Assembly (NCBI GenBank): GCA_001662655.1
Contig: KV460250.1
Source of the DNA: Pseudogymnoascus verrucosus
Taxonomy: Eukaryota
Reading direction: 5' to 3' (one strand)
Length of the DNA: 20,339 bases
Numbering within the stretch: the first letter of the stretch is position 1; each line of letters opens with the position of its first letter. This document shows, in pieces, positions 9,877 to 20,339 of this stretch. The notes under the pieces were generated by a model. The model saw nothing but the letters and a program-made list of their open reading frames with translations. It was not told the DNA's origin and did not search any database. Position numbers and translations under genes: made by a program.

Positions 9877-12522
9877 ATGGCCGAGTCAAGGGCAAAGGCT
9901 GGTCACTTCGTGGCTAAAGCTCTCGGAATTAAGCTTGACGAGCCATATATCTACGAGACCACCACCAGGGGCGAGTCTGTCTTCTCAACCAAGACGGCTG
10001 ATACTTTCGTCGAGGAAGAGCCGTCGACCTGGGAATGGATCCATGAGACGGTCCCAAGTTGGAAAGATTTGGGATCCTACCTCAGATCACTGTTCCCGTT
10101 TACTTACTGGATTACGCGCTACAACGTGCAATGGCTTATCGGTGACTTGGTCGCAGGTCAGTTATCCCGCCCGCGGTCGCATCTCCCCTACACCTGCTGA
10201 CTTTGGTGAAGGTATTACAATTGGAGCTGTTGTTGTCCCCCAGGGAATGGCTTATGCTCTGCTTGCAAAGCTAGAAGTTCAGTTTGGTTTATACTCTTCC
10301 TTCATGGGCGTCCTGATATACTGGTTCTTTGCAACCTCGAAGGATATTACTATTGGTGTACGTTATCCCTCTTCCCCCTGAATTTTGGGACTGTGTTGAC
10401 TCCTGAAACAGCCTGTTGCCGTCATGTCAACAATTGTTGGTAATGTCGTTATCAAAGCGAATGCCATCGATCCTACTATTCCAGGGCATGTTATTGCCTC
10501 TGCATTGGCTGTACTCTGTGGGGCTATCATTGTGACAATCGGTCTGCTTCGAATGGGATGGATCGTTGATTTGATCTCGCTCACTTCTATCACCGCATTC
10601 ATGACCGGATCGGCTATTAGCATTGCAGCTGGCCAAGTTCCAACTATGATGGGCATCAACAAACTTCTGGACACACGTGCTCCCACATATCTCGTCATCA
10701 TCAATACCTTGAAAAACCTTAAGCACTCCAACCTGAATGCGGCCATGGGAATTACTGCTCTTGCGATGCTATACATCATCCGCTTCGCGTGCAGCTATGC
10801 TGCCAAGAAGTATCCGAGCCAAAAGAAGACGTTCTTCTTCGTGTCGACTCTCCGAACAGTCTTCGTTATCCTGCTCTACACACTTATCAGTTATCTCGTC
10901 AACAGGAACCATCGCGCACATCCGCTATTCAGCATCTTGGGAAAGGTTCCTAGAGGTATGCTATTCTGCACTATAGCGCATTTGTTCTATTTATCTAATA
11001 TAAAACAGGATTCCAGAATGCCGCGGTTCCGAAGATCACTATCCCTATCATCAAGTTGTTCATCTCCGAAGTGCCTGCCTCCGTCATTGTTCTCTTGATT
11101 GAGCACATCGCGATCTCAAAGTCCTTTGGCCGAATCAACAACTACGTTATTGACCCGTCACAAGAAATGGTCGCCATCGGCGTTACCAACATCCTCGGAC
11201 CCTTCCTCGGCGGATATCCTGCCACTGGTTCTTTCTCCCGCACAGCAATTAAGTCCAAGGCCGGAGTCCGTACCCCATTTGCTGGTGTAATCACTGCCGT
11301 TGTGGTACTCCTTGCTATCTACGCCTTACCGGCAGTCTTCTTTTACATCCCGAGCGCGAGTTTGTCAGGAGTTATTATCCATGCCGTTGGTGATCTCATC
11401 ACCCACCCGAACACGATCTACCGATTTTGGCGAGTCTCGCCATGGGAGGTCCTCATCTTCTTCGTCGGTGTGTTTGTTACCATCTTCTCGTCTATTGAGA
11501 ACGGTATCTACTGCACGATCGTCATCTCGGCCGCTATTTTGCTTTTCCGTGTGTTGAAAGCCAAGGGTCGATTCCTTGGCCAGGTTAAGATTCACTCCGT
11601 CCGTGGAGATAATATCCTTGGCGACAGTACCGATCAATACAACCAACAGGATTCGGATGCTCCGACATCCAATGCCGCCATCACGGACGCACGCTCCCGC
11701 AACATTTTCCTTCCCATTGATCATGACGACGGGTCGAACCCCGAGATCGAGATCAAAACCCCATACCCTGGAGTCTTCATCTACAGATTCTCTGAAGGCT
11801 TCAACTATCCCAACGCCAATCACTATCTTGACCACTTGACGAATCACATTTTTGCCGTCACTAGGCGCACCAATCCGAATTCGTACGGGAAGCTAGGAGA
11901 CCGTCCTTGGAACGACCCGGGACCTCGCCGTGGACAAGTAGAGGTCGACGACTCCGGAAAACCTACTCTTAAAGCTATTATCTTCGACTTCAGCTCTGTG
12001 AACAATGTCGACATCACCTCGGTGCAGCAGCTTATTGACGTGCGCAACCAACTGGACAAATACACATCACCGGAGGTCGTTGACTGGCATTTCGCCTGCA
12101 TCAACAACCGCTGGACGAAGCGGGCGTTGGTTAGTGCTGGATTCGGAAACCCATCCCAGCCAGGTGTCGACTTCAACCACCGATGGAAGCCAATCTTCAG
12201 TGTGGCTGAAATTGGCGGGGCAGATTCCGCCGCCGAGGTTGCCGAGGGTATTGAAAAGGATGAGCTTGTGAAGCACCGGACACGGGATGCTGAGCGCACC
12301 TCCTCCAGCCCTGACGACATTGGAAACAGCCCCTCGACCACCACCACCGATGGTCTTGTGCCCCAGTTGAAGCAGCCAAATCGTGTCGCAGTGGTTCACG
12401 GGCTCAACCGCCCGCTGTTCCACACTGATCTCACTGGTGCCTTCCAGAGTGCCGTCGCCAACATTGAGTGGAGGCAACAGTACGAGGACGCAGGTGGCGC
12501 GGGCATCGGTCAGCTGCCTTAA
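9877..12522 (+). CDS. cys-14: Sulfate permease (SulP/SLC26 family with C-terminal STAS domain; CYS-14/sB/SUL1-2-like), ~827 aa. Exons 9877..10156, 10212..10357, 10412..10955, 11009..12522
   Basis: SulP signature GDLVAGITIGAVVVPQGMAYALLA...GLYSSF, EHIAISKSFG, PATGSFSRTAIKSKAGVRTP and STAS IIFDFSSVNNVDITS. Three GT-AG introns give 2484 nt in frame. Exact paralog naming is uncertain. Confidence 0.93.
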
Positions 12523-13231
12523 GTTGTTGCTGTTTTTGGTTTTGTGTTTTGCGAGATACCCACCGGGTCTGCTATGCCCCTGGATTGTTTGGGTCGTTTT
12601 TTCAGCGTGCTTGTCCTTTGAGAGGTTGGGAATTGAACCACAACGATATCTAGTACATGTATCTATCGTATCTATTGTGGCACTGTGGTACATAAGATGC
12701 GAAATTGGTTGGACAAATTATTATCTTCTATATGTCCTAAGCAATATTCGACATGCCTATATATATGGCCAGCATTTAGCAGTAGCTTATAAGCCTCATT
12801 AATATCATTCTAATTTCCAAAATGCACTTTTTATATTTATGTTAGTAGTCGATAAAAGATGCTTAATTATAGAGTACATCCATAGCCTTTCGTTGGAGGA
12901 GGTGCCTCCGGGATGTGACCCCCCGTACCCCGGTCTCGGTCGCGGTCGCGACTTCGCCGAGCATTACGCCCCACACGATGATCCATGTACTTAGCGTATC
13001 TGACGAAACTAGATCCCTGTATGAGAAAGGTGGCCTGAAGCGACGGTACCTGGAGAGCCATCAACCATGAAGTGTCACCCAGAAGAATCGCAGAATCTGG
13101 GGCATATTCGACAATCCACGCCTACGTGGAAGCTGCGCTAATCTCGACTATGAGCTGATATCGCTTTGGGCTCTATCAATTGACCTCGACGTCTTCTCAA
13201 CGACCAATTATCCTCGGCCGCGCTCTGCAGG

Positions 13232-14658
13232 ATGCCGCCGAAATCTAGATTCACAAGGCTAGATGCCTTCACAAAGACGGTGGATGAGGCGCGAGTACGC
13301 ACCACCAGCGGAGGCATTGTTACAATTGCTTCGCTCCTCATAGTAATCTATCTCGCTTTTGGAGAATGGGCGGACTATCGCCGTATTGTCGTCCACCCGG
13401 AGTTGGTGGTGGACAAGAGCAGAGGAGAGAAGATGGAGATCTGGATGAACATTACATTCCCATACGTCCCGTGCGAGCTTCTTACGCTTGATGTGATGGA
13501 TGTGTCGGGCGAGATGCAGACGGGTGTTAAGCATGGAGTCAGCAAAGTCCGCTTGAACTCCCCCGATGCGGGTGGCGGAGCTATCGATGTGAAGGCACTT
13601 GACCTGTGAATATGCCTCCCCATTGAACAATTGACTCGAGTCTAATATTGAACAGGCACTCGACCGAAGAAAAAGCCGCGCACTTGGATCCCTCATACTG
13701 TGGCCAGTGTTACGGCGCTACCCCTCCACCGAACGCACAGAAAGCAGGATGTTGTAACACCTGCGACGAAGTACGAGATGCCTACGCGTCTGTTTCCTGG
13801 GCATTTGGCCGAGGCGAAAACGTCGAGCAGTGCGAGCGCGAACACTATAGCGAAAGGCTGGATGAGCAGCGCAAGGAAGGTTGCCGCATCGAAGGTGGAG
13901 TGCGGGTAAACAAGGTCATTGGCAATTTCCATATCGCCCCAGGACGCAGTTACAGCAATGGCAACATGCATGTCCACGATTTGGCCAATTACTGGGATAC
14001 TCCGAGTCTGGAGCGCGGACACTCTTTCGCGCATACCATCCACCATGTGCGCTTTGGCCCTCAACTACCTGAAGGGCTTTCAAAGAAGTTTGGTGGTAAG
14101 AACCAGCCATGGACCAACCACCATCTCAATCCTCTTGACGGCACACAACAGCATACGCGTGACCCTGCCTTCAACTATATGTATTTCGTTAAGGTCGTCT
14201 CAACCTCCTACCTCCCCCTCGGATGGAACAGCAAAAGTGCAGCTAAAACCCAGATTAACGAGGAGAACATTGGGCTTGGAGCCTATGGCCATGCTATGGA
14301 TGGAAGTGTCGAGACTCATCAGTATTCTGTAACTAGCCATAAGAGAAGTCTTAGCGGTGGAGATGACGGCGCCGAGGGTCACAAAGAGCGCCTGCATTCT
14401 CGTACTGGTATCCCAGGCGTTTTCTTCTCATACGTAAGTCCCTGACGCCCCGGCAACCCTGAGATGCATGCTAATATACATTAGGATATCTCGCCTATGA
14501 AGGTTATCAACAGGGAGGAGCGTACTAAGACTCTATCCGGTTTCATTACCGGCTTATGTGCGATTGTTGGTGGTACTCTGACCGTGGCTGCGGCCGTGGA
14601 TCGCGGTTTATATGAGGGAGTTTCGCGGATTAAGAAGTTACAAGCGAAGACACTCTGA
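13232..14658 (+). CDS. ERV46: ER-derived COPII vesicle protein Erv46 (ERGIC3 family), ~441 aa. Exons 13232..13605, 13656..14433, 14485..14658
   Basis: LDAFTKTVDEARVRTTSGG, YCGQCYGA...CCNTCDEVRDAY, EGCRIEG..VNKVIGNFHIAPG, PGVFFSY|DISPMKV and a C-terminal TM segment with lysine tail KKLQAKTL. Introns 13606..13655 and 14434..14484. Confidence 0.95.
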
Positions 14659-15765
14659 AAAAGTGGCGGGTTTTTGGAAACGTGCCTGTCATATTATGGA
14701 GCATACGGCGAGGAGTTTATAGTAGAGGTGATAGGAATTGGCTTTATCAATCAATCTTTTAAGGTTATTAACCATGGAGATGCCCTTGTGTTGTATCTGT
14801 GTCATTGGATCACAAGCAGAGGATACTCCATCCACAATGCACAACTGTAATCGAATTAACTACAAAGCCAAATAATAGATATGCAGTTTGCAGCGAGTTT
14901 GCAGCGAGTGTGACATCCCTCACTGAAGTAAACTTAAATTCTAGCTCAAGCGCCAAACCACGTGAACGGAACGGAAGCGGCTATCTCCTTACTTTTTAGG
15001 GGTTCAAGTGCCGCCTTACTGCAAATCCACAATGTGCGGGGTTTGACGCGGGAGCGAGGTATACCACTGTACCCTTACAGTTACAGTACTACACCCGTTT
15101 CACTCACTCGCCCTGGGGGATGGGCCGCCAGACTCTTACACTGTATATTCATCCCCTGAATCGCTTATTTGTCGTCACTCGGTGAATACGAACAACTCAT
15201 TCTGTCTTGTCGCAAAGCGGAACACCATTGAATTCACTACTTTATTGACTCCGTCGCATAGTCAATTTGTGTGTATACAGTCGCGATCTACTCGAACTTC
15301 TGCCACGGTTGCCCTCACACGCGCATAACTAATTCACCCGGCTCGCATCGTCAGACAATACTCCACCTGCCCGCCATTCCACAGTTATATACCCCTCGCC
15401 CAGTTGGCATCGTTACCTTCAACTCGTCACCGGACTGTGCCATCTGCCTCGACCTTCGCGTCGTTTCTACTGCCCGCCGAAAACCGTGTGCTGGAGGCAA
15501 GATATTATTACATATCAGTGGCCGACCTACCTCACGGACTTTTTGGGAGGAATACATACATACCGATGAGGCACATGCTCATACAAAAGCCAGAACCAGA
15601 TTGGTGTGACACCTTATAACAGATTGCGACTTGAACCAGTGGATGGTACCGGAACTTTGCCCAACTACTTCGAACACGACATCACTGCGCAGCACGGAAC
15701 TCTTGACGTGCTGCCCCGCTGCCCCCACTACACCTTATATATAAAGCTACAAAACGATCAATCGC

Positions 15766-17735
15766 ATGGGTTCACGACCACCAGCGATCGAGATCCGATC
15801 GCGGTCCCATGGCCCTCTAGGCTCAGATTACGAACCCTCATTGCGCCCTCTACCATCTCCCCGCCTACATGTCGCCGGCGATGTCCCCCCCGAGCTGTCG
15901 CCGCTCGATGCCTTCGCTGCACAGAGTCGGCTCCTGGCAAAGAAGCTAGAGGAGGGGATGAAGGGAGAGAACCGTATGAGCCGCTTGCCACCGCTTTCGA
16001 GTGAGAGTCCTTTGATAGCATCACGGCCGGGGTTTTTTCGTTCTGCTTCTGCCCGTGATGCAGAGAACATTATGGCTGATCCTCAGTCGTCTCGTCTTGG
16101 GATGAGAACAGAAGTCGATGAGCCTACGCTTCGGCCTATCTCGGTGTATCCTAGAATGAGCAAGATCCCCAGTCCCGGCCCAATGCTCAATTTCCCCCTT
16201 ACTCACGATGATGATGATGAAACCAACCGCGGACGGAAACCAGGGGGGACTGGAAACAACATTATGCACAGCCGAACGGAAGAGTCCCCGGGGCCAATCG
16301 GCCAGCTTCCTAGCGGTAGAGTGCAAGACCGCTCTCCATCTCACTTGTCAAGCCGTCCGAGCATTGATTCGATATCACAGCAGCGCTCCTACGACGTTCG
16401 CGCTCTTGCCCCTCCTCGATCTCCCTTTTCCCCAAAGATACCTAGTCTTAGGTCGATATCTGCCGATGGTTCGGATGAAGAGTCGGCAGCAATTGCCCCG
16501 TCGGAGAGAAATAACCTGCGCAAGCTCTCGTCGAGTAGTAGCCTATCGACTTCGCCCATCTCGCCATTCATGCCTAGATCACCATCTATTTATTCTGACG
16601 TCTCTGCTAGCACCAACCGGCTTTCTAAGCCTGCGTTTAATTTTTCAAGGCCACTGAGTCGCGCCGAGCCACCACCAGAAATGCTCATGCGGCAGTCATC
16701 AATGGACAGTGAGCGGTTTATGTCTAGGGACGATATAGCTCGAATGCCGTCGAACTTGTCACCCGGTATACCTCCACCAGGCACTCAAGAAACCCCAGCC
16801 CCTTCAACCATATACTCTACATTTGCTCTCCCACGTGGTAAAATGCCCGAGCCAGGTTCATTAACCAGCCCGAAATTGGAACAGCCTTCCAGTTCAAACC
16901 AATCAGACCTGCCGCAACCCTCATCAAGCAAAACTGAGACGTCTCCGCCTCGTGCGAACCGGGACCCAAATGCAGAGAAGTCTGCAGAGTGGCATGTAAC
17001 AAAGGGAATAGAATGCCACGAGAATGGATCATTGAACGAGAGTACCTATCATCTCAGGATTGCGGCGAAGCAAAATCATCCTACTGGCATGCTCCTGTAT
17101 GCGCTTGCCTGCCGACACGGCTGGGGTATGCGTGCAAATCAGCAGGAAGGTGTTCTATGGCTCAGAAAGGCTGCTGAATCCGCCACATTGGAAGTGAATG
17201 AAGATGAAAATGCCGCCAAAGGAGGACAGGCTGTGGATGTTGTAGATCAGAAGCAAAGAAAGGCTCAATTCGCACTCAGCATGTGCGAATTGGGAATGAG
17301 TCACCTTAATGGCTGGGGTATTGAGCAAGATAAAGTGCTTGCATTGCAGTGCTTTGAGATCGCTGGTGGTATGTTCCCTCTCCTATTTTAGTAAGATTAC
17401 TTGCTAACGGAATTTGAAGCATGGGGCGACGCGGACGCACTTGCAGAAGCTGGCTTCTGTTATGCTCAGGGGGTCGGATGCAAAAAGGACATGAAGAAAA
17501 GCGCCAAATACTACCGTATGGCCGAAAGTAAGGGGATCAGCATGGTTGGCAACAGCTGGTGAGTTTCTATGCAACCTTAACCAAACGAGTGGCAGCCGAT
17601 TAATGTAGGCGTGATATTAGGATCCATAAGAGCAAGTACAAGGAAGACCCCGTTGACGATGATACATCTGGGCTAAAGAAAGGTCGCAATAAGTCACAGA
17701 CTCGGTCCATATTCGCTCGCAAGAAGTCATCTTAA
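15766..17735 (+). CDS. nif1: Sel1-repeat protein, Nif1/Dsf2-like mitosis inhibitor, ~618 aa. Exons 15766..17368, 17420..17558, 17621..17735
   Basis: Long S/P-rich disordered N-terminus, then HVTKGIECHENGSLNESTYHLRIAA, GMLLYALACRHGWG, ELGMSHLNGWG, WGDADALAEAGFCYAQGVGCKKD and VGNSWIHKSKY after removing introns 17369..17419 and 17559..17620. Confidence 0.82.
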
Positions 17736-18131
17736 AATTAATCGACTATTCTATTATGTTCAAATAGCCTGGCCTGAAATACCATCAGATGCACCTTCTA
17801 CATAACGAACTGTTAAACCCGTTAATGCTCTAGTGAACTACGTCCAGTGCTTCTTTTTTCCCACGGTAACTGTGACTTATGCCCTAACACAATGTTGACT
17901 TTTCCGCATCTTCTGAAAATGTACCATATTATAAATCCCAAGGTAGTTAATTATAAGTATGAAGGCGGCGAATATGGGAATGAGAGGGGTGATGAGGGGG
18001 TTGGGTGTGGAATAGAGGGTGTGATGATGGAGAGGAGGGGGTTAGTGGCGGAGATTGTGTATGTTGTTAAGGAGAAGCGGGAGCAGCTTGGGTTTGCTTT
18101 GAGTTCGGAGAAGAAGTGTTAGGGGCGTCGA

Positions 18132-18412
18132 GGGGAAGGAACGACCATTACTCCTTCCCTGTGGAGTTACGCAGTAGCAGCAGGAAAGAACGACCATCGC
18201 TCCTGCTATATTTGGATGTGAGATAGTGGAAAGTGGAAAGAGGAAGGCACGACAGTCGCCCTTTCCCTATGGAGTTTTGAGATAATAGAAGGAAGGTTCA
18301 AGTATCGTTCTTGCCATTTTTGATTGTAGGGCACTACACGGTAGAGAAGCGGAAGGCAGGACCTTTGCTCTTTCGCTATAGAGTTGATCGCCAGCAGTAA
18401 GAAGGATTGACG
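18132..18412 (+). repeat. Degenerate dimeric (A/B) tandem repeat, period 108-109 bp
   Basis: AAGG/AAAG-headed units at 18136, 18185, 18244, 18293, 18353 and 18402 (spacings 49, 59, 49, 60, 49). A units end in TYSCTRTRGAGTT. Confidence 0.75.
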
Positions 18413-18429
18413 CTACCTATGTCACAGAT

Positions 18430-18693
18430 AAGTCCATTAATGAATGAATCAGACTAACTGCCCTCGAATACTATCTATATATCATCTAAAAATTCGATCT
18501 TAAGCTAGTTATAAAACTGTTCCATTGCTAATATAAAGACAGCGAAATCATTAACTATAGTTTAGAATATAAAACTAAGCTAGGGCATAAGATAGTAAAT
18601 GCATAGGAGAAATTGTTAGTTTTATAGAGCTTAAGCTTGGCAGTAAAAAGCTTGTCTATTTCTAAAGTTCTAAGTTACATGTTATTAGAGTAG
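18430..18693. other. AT-rich, TpA-rich segment, probable RIP-degraded repeat relic
   Basis: Abrupt AT enrichment with dense TAG/CTA/TAA/TATA and no ORF, directly flanking the transposon insertion. Confidence 0.45.
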
Positions 18694-18695
18694 TA

Positions 18696-18741
18696 ACGTA
18701 GGTCATGGCCAGACCTGCTACATGGCCGGACCTGCTACCCC
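18696..18741. repeat. Terminal inverted repeat (3' end of element) with two internal 17-bp direct repeats
   Basis: ACGTAGGT-CATGGCCAGACCTGCTA-CATGGCCGGACCTGCTA-CCCC has the same layout as Tan1/Vader/Fot1-type TIRs. The partner TIR is not in the window. Confidence 0.8.
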
Positions 18742-18802
18742 ACCAAAATCTAGGGCTAATCTACTAAACCACTAACTTAGAAAATCGCAAATAATTCAAT
18801 TA

Positions 18803-20338
18803 CTACCACCCTAATTCATCTATATCATCCTCTAAAGGCTCTTCTTCACTCTCTTCATCTATTTCCTCAATTATAGCTTCATTTATAGGTCGTGGCGTTG
18901 TTCTAGGCCTCTGTGAAGCTGTAGCTGTTGCTGCTTCTGCTTCTACAACTTGCAACCGGAGTTCTTCTGTAGAAATGTGGAATTGACCCTTTAAAACTGC
19001 TCTTTTACCCTTATTCTGTGTTCTTCGCTTTTGAATAATTGAGCGTAAGTTATCACACTCTCTTTTTTGAAGAGTGTTACGTGTATTAAGGCGTTCTGTC
19101 TCGTCTGCTAACTTATGAATATATCGCTTTGTAGGAGTATTCAAAACACCTTGATTTAAGGCTGTAGAGAGCACAGAATTCGCTTTTTGGAGCGTATTAA
19201 AATCAGGTGGACTGCTGTTTAAGAATACCTTCTCAAAAATATCATGCTCTGTAGGAGTATGTGGGCGTTCTAATATAACGTCTGTTGTAGGAAGCGTAGC
19301 TGCCCGAATGACTGTTTGTGGTTGAAATGGCTGTAGCCCACTCCCTCTCCAAGCAGAAGTGATATTTACATTTGAAAAAGCAGCTGCTCTTGCAGTAATG
19401 TATGCCTCTATCCATTCCGACTTCTGTATACGTAGTAGTTGTGCTTCATTTAGGTGCGAGAGGGCTGTTGTAAGGTGTTTCTTTAAAGGTCCAAAAATTG
19501 CAACATCAAGTGGCTGTAGAACATGAGATGTATGAGGAGGTATTATAAGGAGCGATATTCGATTTTGAATACAGTGTGATATAAAGCTTCCACTTATATG
19601 GCTATCATGACCGTCGCAAATAAGGAGGCGTTGTTGTAGTTTTCCATTTTGTGTTGCTTTTGCTCTTGTAGAGGGCTCAAAAACGCGTTTTAGCCACTCT
19701 AATCCATGAAGATTGCTTGTCCATCCTTTTGTGTTTGCAGAGAAGTGCCATTTTTGTATAACCTCCTTCGGAATCCAGCTTTGTAGGATGTTCTGTCCTT
19801 TAAGAATAATAAGGGGCTCAATAGCTGTTCCGTCCATACAGATGCATTCAACAGCAGACACCCATTCCTGTCGGCCAGGATGAGCTTGAAAACGCGTACG
19901 GAGTGTAGAATCGACTATAATTCGTGTAGATTGCATAGTTCCAATTGAAAATCCAGTCTCATCCATATTGTAGGTGTTGTAGTTTTCGATTTTTTGCTCT
20001 GTTATAAGGCCCTTGTACGCGTCAAACCACCCCTTTAACACCTGCTTTGTAACCCCATTCATCCTCTGTGCCTCAACTCTACGTCCTAACTTAACACGTA
20101 AGTTAGGATGCCTTTGAATGAATCGTGGCACCCACTCTTGCCCAAGAGGTAAGTTAGGTATTTGAGGTTGTTGAGTTTGAGGTTGTTGTTGTAGTTGTAG
20201 GTGTTGAGGCTGAAAAACGCGACACTTATTTGACCGAACTTCGTCTGCAACCTCACGTAATATCCGATGGCTAGGAGCGTAGCCACTTGCAGTAAGCTCC
20301 TTAATCCACTTTAAGAGGACAATTTCCTGATTTTTTGA
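18803..20338 (-). CDS. pogo/Fot1 transposase (Tc5/CENP-B-type HTH + DDE_1 endonuclease), 5'-partial
   Basis: The frame is open from the window edge: QEIVLLKWIKEL...LGQEWVPRFIQRHP (HTH), YNMDETGF, KGWT, LLICDGHDSH and PPHTSHVLQPLD. There are 35 residues between the 2nd and 3rd catalytic Asp. Confidence 0.95.
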   Translation of the reverse strand, partial: SKNQEIVLLKWIKELTASGYAPSHRILREVADEVRSNKCRVFQPQHLQLQQQPQTQQPQIPNLPLGQEWVPRFIQRHPNLRVKLGRRVEAQRMNGVTKQVLKGWFDAYKGLITEQKIENYNTYNMDETGFSIGTMQSTRIIVDSTLRTRFQAHPGRQEWVSAVECICMDGTAIEPLIILKGQNILQSWIPKEVIQKWHFSANTKGWTSNLHGLEWLKRVFEPSTRAKATQNGKLQQRLLICDGHDSHISGSFISHCIQNRISLLIIPPHTSHVLQPLDVAIFGPLKKHLTTALSHLNEAQLLRIQKSEWIEAYITARAAAFSNVNITSAWRGSGLQPFQPQTVIRAATLPTTDVILERPHTPTEHDIFEKVFLNSSPPDFNTLQKANSVLSTALNQGVLNTPTKRYIHKLADETERLNTRNTLQKRECDNLRSIIQKRRTQNKGKRAVLKGQFHISTEELRLQVVEAEAATATASQRPRTTPRPINEAIIEEIDEESEEEPLEDDIDELGW

Positions 20339-20339
20339 C

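Larger units (their letters stand above)
18696..20339 (-). mobile_element. Fot1/pogo-family (Tc1/mariner superfamily) DNA transposon, 5' part outside window
   Basis: DD35D transposase ORF, a terminal sequence starting ACGTA at 18696, and an adjacent TA dinucleotide at 18694-18695 (target site). Confidence 0.92.

Noticed and set aside
12067..12802. Long antisense and shifted-frame ORFs over the sulfate permease 3' end (208 aa and 139 aa hydrophobic)
   Set aside because: Shadow ORFs from codon bias and a GT-rich 3' UTR, with no independent support.
14887..14910. 11-bp tandem duplication GTTTGCAGCGA x2
   Set aside because: Isolated short slippage duplication with no further structure.
17596..17620. 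Alternative in-frame acceptor TAG at 17608 in the last intron of the Sel1-repeat gene
   Set aside because: Too close to the likely branch point ATTAAT, and the 17620 acceptor restores the expected GNSWIHK motif.
18132..18412. CRISPR-like repeat/spacer appearance
   Set aside because: Eukaryotic context, repeats too divergent, intervening segments resemble one another, and no cas genes.

Overview
Eukaryotic DNA from a filamentous ascomycete, inferred from short ~50-60 nt introns with CTRAY branch points and Pezizomycotina-type proteins (possibly a Leotiomycete). It holds seven spliced housekeeping genes: BUB2/cdc16 (5'-truncated, with a GC-AG intron), RPS13, a Dpy-30/SDC1 gene on the minus strand, FAN1 nuclease, a SulP/SLC26 sulfate permease, ERV46 and a Sel1-repeat Nif1/Dsf2-like gene. 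The window ends in an apparently intact Fot1/pogo DD35D transposon. Its 3' TIR and TA target site are visible, and it sits next to AT/TpA-rich, RIP-like DNA. The non-coding signals most worth following up are a long hairpin in an oversized RPS13 intron, a ~1.1 kb ATG-depleted leader with a single uORF before the sulfate permease, and two degenerate ~105-109 bp tandem arrays whose units each fold into hairpins with different stem sequences. All exon boundaries were derived by hand from splice motifs and reading-frame continuity. No database searches were run.
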